From an uncultured Verrucomicrobiota bacterium (GTDB lineage: Bacteria > Verrucomicrobiota > Kiritimatiellia > CAIVKH01), in contig CAYYAR010000016.1 in the NCBI GenBank assembly GCA_964470065.1, positions 5,080-69,079 on the forward strand: a stretch of 64,000 nt of DNA. Reading direction: 5' to 3'. How positions within the stretch are numbered: position 1 is the first letter of the stretch; the number at the start of each line of letters is the position of its first letter. The position numbers were made by a program, and so were the translations under genes. Positions 1 to 9,017 of this stretch are shown piece by piece. The notes under the pieces were generated by a model. That model was not told where the DNA came from and did no database searches. It saw only the letters and a list, made by a program, of their open reading frames with translations.

Positions 1-604
1 TGTCGGCCGCGCCGAGTTCCTGTGCGGGATGCGTGGTAGTAACGGCGACCACGCACATACCGGCCCGGTGGGCGGCTTCAATGCCGACGAGGGCATCCTC
101 AAAAACGAGGGAAGGCAACCCGCCGAGCTGGCCGGCGGCATGCAGAAAAATATCCGGCGCCGGTTTGCCGTGGGGCACGAGGTCGCCCGTGGTAATGGCG
201 GCAAAGCACGTATGGAGACCCATCCGCTCAAGGATGAAGTCGATGTTGGGGCGCGGCGTGGACGAAGCGATCGCACAGGGCACGCCAGCGCGGTTGAGTC
301 GTGCCAGTATTTCACGCACACCGGGCATGGGTTCGAGTCCCTCCTCAAGGGCCAGGCAACGGTAACAGGCCTCCTTGCGGACGGCGATTTCGTGCACGCG
401 CGCCGGGTCGGTGGCCCACCCGAGCACTTCGGGAATCACGCGCTCGTTTTTCATGCCAAATCCTCGCTTGAAGTGATTCGGCGGGAGCGGGAGCCCCAAT
501 TCGGCGGCCATGACTTCCCAGCTGCGCTCGTGCAAGCGCGAGGAGTCAATAACTACGCCATCCCAATCAAACAAGACGGCCCAGCCTGGTGATGATGTAT
601 TCAT
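1..604 (-). CDS. HAD-superfamily hydrolase (beta-phosphoglucomutase/phosphatase-like); C-terminus runs off the window edge
   Basis: Absent from the ORF track because it is open at the edge. Manual translation from ATG (complement 604..602) gives MNTSSPGWAVLFDWDGVVIDS... with HAD motif I DxDGV, then HGKPAPDIF and EDALVGIEAA. Confidence 0.8.
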   Translation of the reverse strand, partial: MNTSSPGWAVLFDWDGVVIDSSRLHERSWEVMAAELGLPLPPNHFKRGFGMKNERVIPEVLGWATDPARVHEIAVRKEACYRCLALEEGLEPMPGVREILARLNRAGVPCAIASSTPRPNIDFILERMGLHTCFAAITTGDLVPHGKPAPDIFLHAAGQLGGLPSLVFEDALVGIEAAHRAGMCVVAVTTTHPAQELGAAD

Positions 605-694
605 GATGAGGACAATGACGGAAGCTACGTTCTTTCACGTTGTTATGAAAACCCGAATAGTTTATGGTTTGACACAATAAGCAAGGGAAATAGC

Positions 695-1918
695 ATGAAA
701 AATGGTATCACGCGGGAATTCGTGCGGAGCATTCCCAAGACCGAGCTCCACGTTCACCTCGACGGCTCGTTGCGCATCCCCACTCTCATCGAACTGGCCC
801 GGCGCGAGAAAGTCAAATTGCCGTCCATGACGGAAAGTGGGTTGCGGGCCACGGTATTCAAAGACAAGTACAAGGACCTCCCCGACTACCTCAAGGGGTT
901 TGCCTACACATGCGCCGTGATGCAAACGGCGGAGAATCTCGAGCGTATCGGGTATGAGCTGGTGCAAGACCATCTCGCCGAGGGCGTCCGCTATATAGAG
1001 GTGAGGTTCGCTCCCCAATTGCACGTGCATGGCAAATTATCCATGAAACAAATCATTCATGCGGTATGCCGGGGCATGGATCATGCGATCAAGGAGCACA
1101 ACACTTCCGAAGCGGTTCGAAAAGGTCGCGATATTCCCTGCCATTACGGATTGATCCTGTGCGCCCTGCGCTACTTCAACGAGCACATGTCGCCGTATTA
1201 CAAACAGATTTTTCATGTGATGCCCTACGCCCCACCCAAAAAGGTGTTTGCCGCAGCCTCGCTTGAACTGGCGCGCGCGGCCGCGCGCCTCGCGCACGAG
1301 GATGGTTATCCGGTGGTTGGATTCGACCTCGCCGGAGCCGAATCGGGCTTTCCGGCCGGCGACCACAAAGAGGCGTTTCAATACGCGCACAGCAATTTCA
1401 TCCGCAAAACCATTCATGCCGGCGAGGCCTACGGTCCGGAGTCGATCTTTCAAGCGATCACCGATTGTCACGCCAACCGCATCGGTCACGGCACCTGGTT
1501 GTTTGCCGATCATTTGATCAAGGGACGCACCCGCCAGGAAGCCAAGGACTATGTGTCCTACCTGGCCGAGTATATTGCCAGCCAGCGCATTACCATCGAG
1601 GTATGCCTGACCAGCAATTTGCAAACCCTGCCGCATATGAAATCAATCAGCCGGCACCCGTTGCGGCAAATGCTCGATCATGAATTGTCGGTTTCGATCT
1701 GCACAGACAACCGGTTGGTGTCAAATACAACGGTGACCGACGAGCTTATGCTGGCCGTCAATCACCTCAAGATGTCGGCGCGGGAATTGCGCAACGTCGT
1801 CATCGCCGGGTTCAAGGGAAGTTTCTTCCCCGGCACCTACAAAGAAAAGCGGGGCTACGTGCGCAAGGTCATTGATCGCTACGAGACCATTGCCGCCGAA
1901 ACGGGTATTGGTCACTAA
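695..1918 (+). CDS. add: Adenosine deaminase family protein
   Basis: 407-aa ORF with the TELHVHLDGSL (HxH metal site), HAGE and CTDN motifs of the adenosine/AMP deaminase fold. AAGGGA SD lies about 8 nt upstream of the ATG. Confidence 0.85.
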   Translation: MKNGITREFVRSIPKTELHVHLDGSLRIPTLIELARREKVKLPSMTESGLRATVFKDKYKDLPDYLKGFAYTCAVMQTAENLERIGYELVQDHLAEGVRYIEVRFAPQLHVHGKLSMKQIIHAVCRGMDHAIKEHNTSEAVRKGRDIPCHYGLILCALRYFNEHMSPYYKQIFHVMPYAPPKKVFAAASLELARAAARLAHEDGYPVVGFDLAGAESGFPAGDHKEAFQYAHSNFIRKTIHAGEAYGPESIFQAITDCHANRIGHGTWLFADHLIKGRTRQEAKDYVSYLAEYIASQRITIEVCLTSNLQTLPHMKSISRHPLRQMLDHELSVSICTDNRLVSNTTVTDELMLAVNHLKMSARELRNVVIAGFKGSFFPGTYKEKRGYVRKVIDRYETIAAETGIGH

Positions 1919-1938
1919 GTTCACGGCGAGAGCAATCT

Positions 1939-3282
1939 ATGCATACCGGCGGAACCAAGCTGGTCATCAAGCGCGATGGTCATGTGGTGCCGTTCGATCG
2001 CGAGCGCATTGCCACTGCCATTTTCAAGGCCGCTGCATCAATTGGCGGACAGGAACGCCGGACGGCGGAGGAACTATCCCGGGAGGTGGAGCGGCGGTGC
2101 GCCGCGGCGTACAGCAAGGGATCCACACCCTCGGTCGAGGACATCCAGGACCTGGTCGAAGCCACGCTGATCGAAAACGGCCACGTCCGCACCTCCCGCG
2201 CGTACATCATCTACCGGCATCAACGCGCCCAGGCCCGGGCGGCACGCATGGACAAGTTCGAGGCGACTGACAATATCCCGTACAAGAAAATCTACGAGGT
2301 GCTCCGGTGGAACATGGCCCACGGATGCGAAACCGTGGCAGGACTGAACCAGCTAATCGCGGAAGGGCGGTTTGCCGATCTTGTGCATGCGTCCAACGAT
2401 CGCTATCACGGGGAAGTGATGGCCGGCGCGGAAAAAATCATTTCCCGGCTACCCGGCGTGCGCATCGCCATCATCGCCGGGCCCTCCTCCTCGGGCAAGA
2501 CCACCACGACGATCAAGATCGGCGAAGCTCTCAAGCAAGCGGGTCGCGAGTTGGTGGCGATGAATGTAGATCATTATTTCTACGATCTTGAAATGCATCC
2601 GAAAGACGAGTTTGGCGATTATGATTACGAAACACCGCAGGCCCTTGATCTTGAACTGATCAACCGTCATCTCGTCCTGCTGCTCGAGGGCAGGACCATC
2701 AAGACGCCGCACTATGACTTCAAGACCGGCAAACGCACGCTCGAGGTGCACGAGATGAAACTGGCGCCACACCAGATTCTGTTGATCGACAGCCTGCATG
2801 GTTTGTACGCGGACATGACCAAGGACATTGATCCCGCGCGTAAATTCCGGCTCTACATCGAGACGCTCGGCCAGTTGCGCGATGAGCACGACAACTTCAT
2901 GCGCTGGGCCGACAATCGCCTGCTGCGCCGCATGATCCGTGACAGCTGGCATCGCCAACTCCAACCCGTGCAAACCTTGACCCATTGGCACTACGTGCGG
3001 CGGAGCGAATTGAAAAACATCATCCCGTTCATCGGCAGCGCGGATTACCTGGTCAATAGCGCCCTGCCCTACGAGCTCCCCATTCACAAGCACAAGCTGT
3101 TCCACTATTTCCCCAAGGCGATGGATATGTTCCGCGATGAACCCAAGCGGCAGGATGCCTACATCCGGGCGCACCGGGTGCATGAATTGCTGACGCAGAT
3201 CACGGCGATCGAGGATGATTCCGTCGTGCCCCAGGATGCCCTGCTCCGCGAATTCATAGGCGGAAGCAGTTACACCTATTAA
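1939..3282 (+). CDS. ATP-cone domain fused to a P-loop uridine-kinase/phosphoribulokinase-like kinase
   Basis: N-terminus LVIKRDGHVVPFDRERIATAIFKA resembles an ATP-cone (as in NrdR/RNR). It is followed by Walker A IAIIAGPSSSGKTTTT and a PRK/uridine-kinase-like core. Confidence 0.75.
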   Translation: MHTGGTKLVIKRDGHVVPFDRERIATAIFKAAASIGGQERRTAEELSREVERRCAAAYSKGSTPSVEDIQDLVEATLIENGHVRTSRAYIIYRHQRAQARAARMDKFEATDNIPYKKIYEVLRWNMAHGCETVAGLNQLIAEGRFADLVHASNDRYHGEVMAGAEKIISRLPGVRIAIIAGPSSSGKTTTTIKIGEALKQAGRELVAMNVDHYFYDLEMHPKDEFGDYDYETPQALDLELINRHLVLLLEGRTIKTPHYDFKTGKRTLEVHEMKLAPHQILLIDSLHGLYADMTKDIDPARKFRLYIETLGQLRDEHDNFMRWADNRLLRRMIRDSWHRQLQPVQTLTHWHYVRRSELKNIIPFIGSADYLVNSALPYELPIHKHKLFHYFPKAMDMFRDEPKRQDAYIRAHRVHELLTQITAIEDDSVVPQDALLREFIGGSSYTY

Positions 3283-3299
3283 TCGCGGCCGCGACGCCG

Positions 3300-4007
3300 T
3301 CAGACCGCCGGCAAGAGCCGGTGCCGGCGAAAGCGGAGGAGCATCATCACAAATCGCCAGGTGTCCACGAACGGACGCACACGGCTGACCTGACCGCCGT
3401 ACAAGACCGGGATCCGCACCGAGTCCATGCGAATACCGCGCGCGGCCGTGGAGAGCAGTATTTCCGACTCCATGGCAAAACGCGGTGAAGCGACCGGCAT
3501 GTAGGGCAGCAGATCGGCCCGGAACAAACGGAAGCCGCACTGGGTGTCCGCCACATACACGCCCATGAGGCGACTGAGGAGCCAGCTCATGGCCCCGTTC
3601 GTCCATCGACGCACCGGTGGCATGCGTTGGCGGTCCCACATACGGTTGCCGATCAATACCGGAATCCGGGTGCGCCGCCAGGTGTCGATAAATCGCGGGA
3701 TCGCGGCAGGGTCGTGCTGGCCATCGGCATCCAGCGTGATCACCAACTCAAAACCTTTTTCGCGGGCATGCGCAAGCCCGCTGATCAGCGCGGCCCCTTT
3801 GCCGAGATTTTTTTCGTGGCGAATCACGTCGGCGCCCAATGCCCGGGCCACGGCGGAAGTATCATCGGTCGATCCATCATCCACCACGATTACCGTCATG
3901 CCAGGCGCGTGTTCGACAATTCGTTTCAATACGTCGCCCAGCCGGACCGACTCGTTGAAGGCGGGCACCACCACGCCACAGGATGGGGAGGCTGGCGCGA
4001 GGTTCAT
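3300..4007 (-). CDS. Family 2 glycosyltransferase (polyprenol-phosphate sugar transferase-like)
   Basis: VVVPAFNE, VVDDGSTDDT and DADGQHD motifs typical of GT2/DPM1-like enzymes. It sits 2 nt downstream of lipA on the same strand. Confidence 0.85.
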   Translation of the reverse strand: MNLAPASPSCGVVVPAFNESVRLGDVLKRIVEHAPGMTVIVVDDGSTDDTSAVARALGADVIRHEKNLGKGAALISGLAHAREKGFELVITLDADGQHDPAAIPRFIDTWRRTRIPVLIGNRMWDRQRMPPVRRWTNGAMSWLLSRLMGVYVADTQCGFRLFRADLLPYMPVASPRFAMESEILLSTAARGIRMDSVRIPVLYGGQVSRVRPFVDTWRFVMMLLRFRRHRLLPAV

Positions 4008-4009
4008 CG

Positions 4010-4954
4010 TCAGGCGGGAATGGTGCGGCTGGCCAGCAATTCAGGATCCTGCTCGAGGGCGCGCTGAAGCAACTCCTCCGCTTTGTAAGAAGAGCGCACC
4101 ATGGGCCCGGCGGCCACACCGGCGAAACCGATCTTGCGGGCCGTTTCGGCGAGCGCGTCAAATTCGCGCGGCATGACGTAGCGCTCGACCGGACGGTTGT
4201 GCCGGGTCGGCTGCAAATACTGGCCCAAGGTAATGATGCGGCAACCCGCGGTGAACAAATCGTGCATGGTTTGTTCGATCTCCTCCAGCGTTTCCCCCAT
4301 GCCAAGCATGATGCCGCTCTTGATCGCCATTTTCGGCCGCCACGCCGCGCCCGCGGCCAACACGGCAAGGGAACGACCATACGAGGCCTGCGGCCGGATC
4401 ACCGCTTGCAGACGGGACACGGTCTCCACGTTATGACTGAAGACATCGGGATGCGCGCGAAAAACCATTTCCAGCGATTCGGCGTCACCTTGGAAATCCG
4501 GCGTGAGCACCTCGATTTTCAATTGCGGATAGGCCGCACGAAGAAGCCGGATCGTTTCAGCAAAAATTCCGGCGCCGCCATCCGGTTGATCATCCCGGTT
4601 CACGCTGGTGAGCACCAGGTGCTGCAACTTCATCCCGCGAACCGCTTCCACGACCCGGCCCGGCTCATCGCGATCGATGGCGAGCGGTCGCCCGTGCGGC
4701 ACTGAACAAAACTTGCAACTGCGGGTGCAGAGATTGCCGAGCAGCATAATGGTCGCCGTGCCGACGCCCCAGCACTCGTGGATATTGGGGCACTTGGCGC
4801 TCTGGCACACGGTGTGCAAGCCGAGACCGCCGACAAGATTGTGCACGCGGGCAAAATCGCTATCGACTTTCCACTTGAGCCGGATCCATTCAGGTATGCG
4901 AGGCATGGGGGAAAATCTAGGTCCGGCGGAGGGAAAGTCAATGGCAGAGGACAA
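4010..4954 (-). CDS. lipA: Lipoyl synthase
   Basis: CPNIHECW auxiliary-cluster motif and CTRSCKFC radical-SAM CxxxCxxC motif. The track start at 4954 is TTG; ATG at 4906 (MPRIPEWIRLK) is an alternative start. Confidence 0.9.
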   Translation of the reverse strand: MSSAIDFPSAGPRFSPMPRIPEWIRLKWKVDSDFARVHNLVGGLGLHTVCQSAKCPNIHECWGVGTATIMLLGNLCTRSCKFCSVPHGRPLAIDRDEPGRVVEAVRGMKLQHLVLTSVNRDDQPDGGAGIFAETIRLLRAAYPQLKIEVLTPDFQGDAESLEMVFRAHPDVFSHNVETVSRLQAVIRPQASYGRSLAVLAAGAAWRPKMAIKSGIMLGMGETLEEIEQTMHDLFTAGCRIITLGQYLQPTRHNRPVERYVMPREFDALAETARKIGFAGVAAGPMVRSSYKAEELLQRALEQDPELLASRTIPA

Positions 4955-5028
4955 AACGAATTCAGACGTGCGATCATGTTTCCCTCTTGCGCACTTCCCA
5001 ACTGTCCGCAGTCTGCTACATTCGGCAC

Positions 5029-5532
5029 ATGGTGGATGATGAAATTAACCCGGACCTGCTGGATTCGCATCGCTGGTTTATGCGCAAGGCGATTCGTCTG
5101 GCCCGGCAAGCGGCGGAGCAGGAAGAGGTCCCGGTCGGCGCCGTGATTGTGCGGGAGGGCCATATGATCGCCCAGGCCCACAACCAGGTCGAGTTGCTGA
5201 AGGATCCAACGGCTCATGCCGAAATGATCGCCATCACCCAAGCCACCTCGGCCGTCGGCGACTGGCGTTTAACCGACAGCATTCTTTATGTCACCAAGGA
5301 GCCGTGCCCGATGTGTGCGGGCGCCATCGTGCTTGCCCGGATTCCGCTCGTGGTCTGGGGCATGACGGATCCGATGCGGGGCGGGGCGATTTCGCGTTTT
5401 GGAATCTGCCAAAGCGACAACCTGAATCATCGGGTCGACTGCCTGACCGGCGTACTGGAGGAAGAATGCAAAGCCATCGTGCAGGAATTCTTCCGCAAGC
5501 GACGCGCCGCCGCAGACACCAAGGAAAACTAG
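5029..5532 (+). CDS. tadA: tRNA-specific adenosine deaminase
   Basis: HAEM...PCPMCAGA cytidine/deoxycytidylate deaminase zinc motif. The track start at 4987 is TTG, so I prefer ATG at 5029. Confidence 0.85.
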   Translation: MVDDEINPDLLDSHRWFMRKAIRLARQAAEQEEVPVGAVIVREGHMIAQAHNQVELLKDPTAHAEMIAITQATSAVGDWRLTDSILYVTKEPCPMCAGAIVLARIPLVVWGMTDPMRGGAISRFGICQSDNLNHRVDCLTGVLEEECKAIVQEFFRKRRAAADTKEN

Positions 5533-5562
5533 CCTCGCTCGATTGTCGTCGACGCGCGACGG

Positions 5563-6465
5563 CTAGTATAACGCGCGCTTTTCGATCGAGTGAATAACCA
5601 TGACCGGCGGCTTGATGTCTTCAGCCCAATACTCTTCCCCGCGGATCAGCAATTCATGATCCAGCAACGAATTCAATTGTGACACATTTCCGCGGAGATA
5701 GGCCACGGTGGTCAATTTGTTCCCATCGCGACGCACCAGTCGATGCGATCCGGGCGGCTTGGAGAAAATCCCCGGCGTGCGTTTGAGCAATCCCTCGCGC
5801 TGAACCACGCGACCCTGTCCATCCAATGGAATGAGTTTCAAGTCTGCCGGGGCTTGTGGCGCCACCGGCACATCGGTGATGGGTGTAAATGGTGTGCGGG
5901 CCATTTCTTCGCCGGTGGCCGGGATGCCCGGCTCCGGCCGGGCATCCATTTCGATTTCCGCCGGCATGGGAGCAGCCGAGGCCGGCTCGGCGGGAGGCAT
6001 GACCGGTTCGACCAATGACCGGCTGACAAACAGGCGCGCGTCCCCGGGCGGCGGTACTTTGATCCATTCGCCGAAACTTCCTCGCCGCTCGACCTTGTCG
6101 CCTTTTTTGTAGGCGCCCATGACGGAATGATTGATGCCTGCGCCGGAGCGGGCATTCAGCGTGTTGACCACTACGGTGCCCTCGACCACAAATTCACTCG
6201 CCACCCAGGCATCGACAAAATCAGGCGCGACCACCTCGACCCAATCAGCGCTCATGGAAACCGCGGTGAGTTCATCACCGGCGTTCACTTGGCCGGCCAC
6301 TTCAGCGCTTTGTTGAGCCCGGGTCCGGAGATTGACCCGCTCACCGAGCACCTTGACTTGCTGCAAGTCCGCGGCGGACGCCGAGGCAACCGTCATCATC
6401 GCTAACATGCACGCGCGAAGCATGAACCGGGGCGGGACGGGAGAGAAATACATCAACTTCTTCAT
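5563..6465 (-). CDS. Secreted protein with bacterial SH3-like domain(s) and a Pro-rich linker
   Basis: Signal-peptide-like MLRACMLAMMTVASASA, followed by VNLRTRAQQSAEVAGQVNAGDEL (SH3b-like) twice. The start codon is uncertain (6465, 6453 or 6423). Confidence 0.6.
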   Translation of the reverse strand: MKKLMYFSPVPPRFMLRACMLAMMTVASASAADLQQVKVLGERVNLRTRAQQSAEVAGQVNAGDELTAVSMSADWVEVVAPDFVDAWVASEFVVEGTVVVNTLNARSGAGINHSVMGAYKKGDKVERRGSFGEWIKVPPPGDARLFVSRSLVEPVMPPAEPASAAPMPAEIEMDARPEPGIPATGEEMARTPFTPITDVPVAPQAPADLKLIPLDGQGRVVQREGLLKRTPGIFSKPPGSHRLVRRDGNKLTTVAYLRGNVSQLNSLLDHELLIRGEEYWAEDIKPPVMVIHSIEKRALY

Positions 6466-6522
6466 GGAAGGATTATTGACTATCGCGGTTACCGAAAAAA
6501 GAATAAAAACCACATCCCGAGT

Positions 6523-8490
6523 ATGACTTCAAACGACCAAACTGGCTCCGGACCGATTTGGCCGGCCGGGTGGACTTTGGCCCCGCCGCCCGGCGCCCTC
6601 GCCGTCATGACCAGTGCATCGATGACCTTGTCGCTTGGTCGTGAACCAGGCGAACTGGAATTAACCACCGGGGGTATCCGCGGCTGGTTGTCGATGACGA
6701 CGGGCGGCACGCCCGTTTGTGATGTCTATGCGCAAGGATTTCGCATGCGCGTCGAAACCGAGGAAGGGACACTCGTCACCTCATGCGTCACCACCAGCGC
6801 CTCGGCAGCCGTGCTGGAAATGGATGATGCACGAATATCCCTGGCCTCGGAGCTCGAGGTGAAGGAACTGGAAGAGGGCAACGTGGTGTCCATCACGACC
6901 GGCGACGAGCACCTGGTGATTGTGGCCGATTGGAATCAAAAGCCGGCTCGCTTCTGCGTGATGACTGGAAAAGGTTCATTCATATCATTGGTCGAGCTCG
7001 CCCGGGAAAACCTGCAAATCAGCGCCCACCAGCAAGTAGACCAACTCGCCGCCGCAAACGCCGGGCAAGGCAGCACACCGGATCCCGAGACATATCTATT
7101 CAGCCGGTTACGCGCCCCGCAAGGACGACTGAAGCATGCCTGGATCGCCGGTCCGCAGGGCGAGCCGGATTGGCATCCGGCCCGTTTATACAACATCGTT
7201 CTTGCGTTGATGGCAACCGGACACCGGGAACTGGCCTCCGGACTCATCACCAATTTCACCGCGAGCATGGATTTGTCCGGAAATGGCCCGGCCAGCGGCG
7301 GCTTTATGCAGCCATTGCTGCGGCAACCAACCAGTTGGCCCGTGTTGAATCACCTCATCGCCACCATGATTAAGAGCAGCGCACATGGATCGCCCGAGGT
7401 GCATTATTCGCTGTCGGAACTAAGCGACTACCTTGAAGCAGCGCGAGAGTATGCCGCGCGCCGGCCACCAGACCGGACGATTGACGCCGCCTTTCATGCC
7501 CTGCTTTTGCGTCAGGAAATGGAATCCTTGGCCTGGCTTCGCGAGCATCACGGCCGGCCCGGCATCGATCTTTTGTCCGCATCCGCACGGGATGGCATCC
7601 CGCCGGCGACAACGGAGGATGCGCGCCTGAAGCCTTGGTTTGATTTGCTGCAACCAACGCTTTCCGGGACACCGGCGGAGAAGGAAGAAATGCTGCGCGC
7701 CTGTTCACTACAGCTGACGCGCCCGGAAGATCTGGAGCCGGGAATTTTACCGATGCTGGCGACGATGATCTCCTCGTCGCACAACCTGGATGATCCACCG
7801 GAGCTGGGTCCGGATTGGCGCACGCATCTTGCCGATCTCGCCGGGCAACGCTGGCGGCAAGACATCGCGAACCACGACATGAGTGACGCGGCCACGTTGC
7901 TCGCCGATGCATCATTCGCGGTGATTGCGCGGGCGAACGCCGGGCACCGGAAGAACATCGCCGTAAAAGGGGTGCGGGCCACCTTGTGGTGGATGAATCG
8001 CCGTCAGCGGTGGATTGCGGCCTCGGGCATAGGGGCGATCCTGCTTTTTGCGGTATGGGTTATATCGGTTCATTTCCGGTCGTTGATGCCGCTGACGGTA
8101 TTCAATACGCGCATCGGACAGATCGAACAACACTACCTCACCGGCGATTTTGCCGCCGCACTCGAAGCGCTGGACGAACTGGATCGCGCCGGCAATGTCG
8201 GACCCGATCAAACCGGCTTTCTTCGCGGAAAAATTTTCTACCGGCGGGGGCAATATGACGAAGCCATCGCCACCTTCGCCGCTCTGGTTGAGAAGGACAT
8301 CCGCATGCCGGCCTCACAATACAATCTCGCCCTTTGCCATATGCAGGCGGGCGATTACGAAGGGGCCCGGCGAGGGTTCGAGGAAATTGCCGATGCCTAT
8401 GCCGTCACGCATCCCGCCACCGCCGGGCGGGCCCGCCGGGCTGCGGCAATCACGGCCATGATGCAGGAAAACGATCCGGAACCACCTTGA
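6523..8490 (+). CDS. Hypothetical membrane-anchored protein with C-terminal TPR repeats
   Basis: 655-aa ORF with one TM-like helix (WIAASGIGAILLFAVWVISVHF) followed by TPR-like repeats (GKIFYRRGQYDEAIATF..., YNLALCHMQAGDYEGARRGF). I do not recognise the 480-aa N-terminal region. Confidence 0.6.
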   Translation: MTSNDQTGSGPIWPAGWTLAPPPGALAVMTSASMTLSLGREPGELELTTGGIRGWLSMTTGGTPVCDVYAQGFRMRVETEEGTLVTSCVTTSASAAVLEMDDARISLASELEVKELEEGNVVSITTGDEHLVIVADWNQKPARFCVMTGKGSFISLVELARENLQISAHQQVDQLAAANAGQGSTPDPETYLFSRLRAPQGRLKHAWIAGPQGEPDWHPARLYNIVLALMATGHRELASGLITNFTASMDLSGNGPASGGFMQPLLRQPTSWPVLNHLIATMIKSSAHGSPEVHYSLSELSDYLEAAREYAARRPPDRTIDAAFHALLLRQEMESLAWLREHHGRPGIDLLSASARDGIPPATTEDARLKPWFDLLQPTLSGTPAEKEEMLRACSLQLTRPEDLEPGILPMLATMISSSHNLDDPPELGPDWRTHLADLAGQRWRQDIANHDMSDAATLLADASFAVIARANAGHRKNIAVKGVRATLWWMNRRQRWIAASGIGAILLFAVWVISVHFRSLMPLTVFNTRIGQIEQHYLTGDFAAALEALDELDRAGNVGPDQTGFLRGKIFYRRGQYDEAIATFAALVEKDIRMPASQYNLALCHMQAGDYEGARRGFEEIADAYAVTHPATAGRARRAAAITAMMQENDPEPP

Positions 8491-8496
8491 AAAGAT

Positions 8497-8592
8497 GAAG
8501 AGCGTGGCGCGCCAAGGAGGTCGGGGTGAGGAACCCCAGAGGGATAAACGCATCCACGCTCTTCAGAATAACATGGACCGCAAAAACGGTCC
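8497..8592 (+). promoter_or_regulatory. Structured leader: 11-bp perfect inverted repeat plus a second hairpin
   Basis: GAAGAGCGTGG (8497..8507) pairs with CCACGCTCTTC (8554..8564), enclosing an inner GGGGT/ACCCC stem. GGACCG-caaaaa-CGGTCC follows at 8575..8592. The element lies in the 196-nt gap upstream of the lipoprotein gene. Confidence 0.3.
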
Positions 8593-8686
8593 CATGTTCA
8601 AAAAAACGGCGGATCAACACGTGGTTGACTTTTTGTCTTGCCTGCCACGTCACGATAATTCAACTTCTGCACCTCGCAAGTTGATC

Positions 8687-9013
8687 ATGAAATTTTCATA
8701 CCTTTTTGCTTTTGTATTCGTCGTGATGGCGGGATCCGGATGTTTCCGGAGCGATCGCCGCACGGTGGAGTTCAGCGTGCCCGGGATCACTTCGCAGGAA
8801 TGCGTTAACATCGTATCGGACAAGCTCCGGGCCAACGAAGGCGTGGAGGTCGTTGAGGCAAATCTCGCCTCGGGAAAATTGAGCGTGACCTTTAACGGAT
8901 TGAAGCTCGCCATCAAGAACATCGAAATCATTATCGCCGATGCCGGATTTGATGTGAACGATCGACCGGCCGACGAGCAGGCAAAAGCCGGTTTGCCGGC
9001 TTCATGCCGTTAG
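8687..9013 (+). CDS. Lipoprotein with heavy-metal-associated (HMA)-like ferredoxin fold, lacking the canonical CxxC
   Basis: MKFSYLFAFVFVVMAGSGC lipobox, then VEFSVPGITSQECVNIVSDKL...ANLASGKLSVTF, which resembles an HMA domain with GITSQEC in place of GMTCxxC. The track start at 8495 would bury the signal peptide 64 residues in. Confidence 0.55.
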   Translation: MKFSYLFAFVFVVMAGSGCFRSDRRTVEFSVPGITSQECVNIVSDKLRANEGVEVVEANLASGKLSVTFNGLKLAIKNIEIIIADAGFDVNDRPADEQAKAGLPASCR

Positions 9014-9017
9014 CACG

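Noticed and set aside
605-694. Possible purine/adenine riboswitch upstream of add (TATGGTTTG resembles part of the purine aptamer loop)
   Set aside because: Only about 90 nt are available. I cannot build P1-P2-P3, and the conserved TTTCTACC junction is absent.
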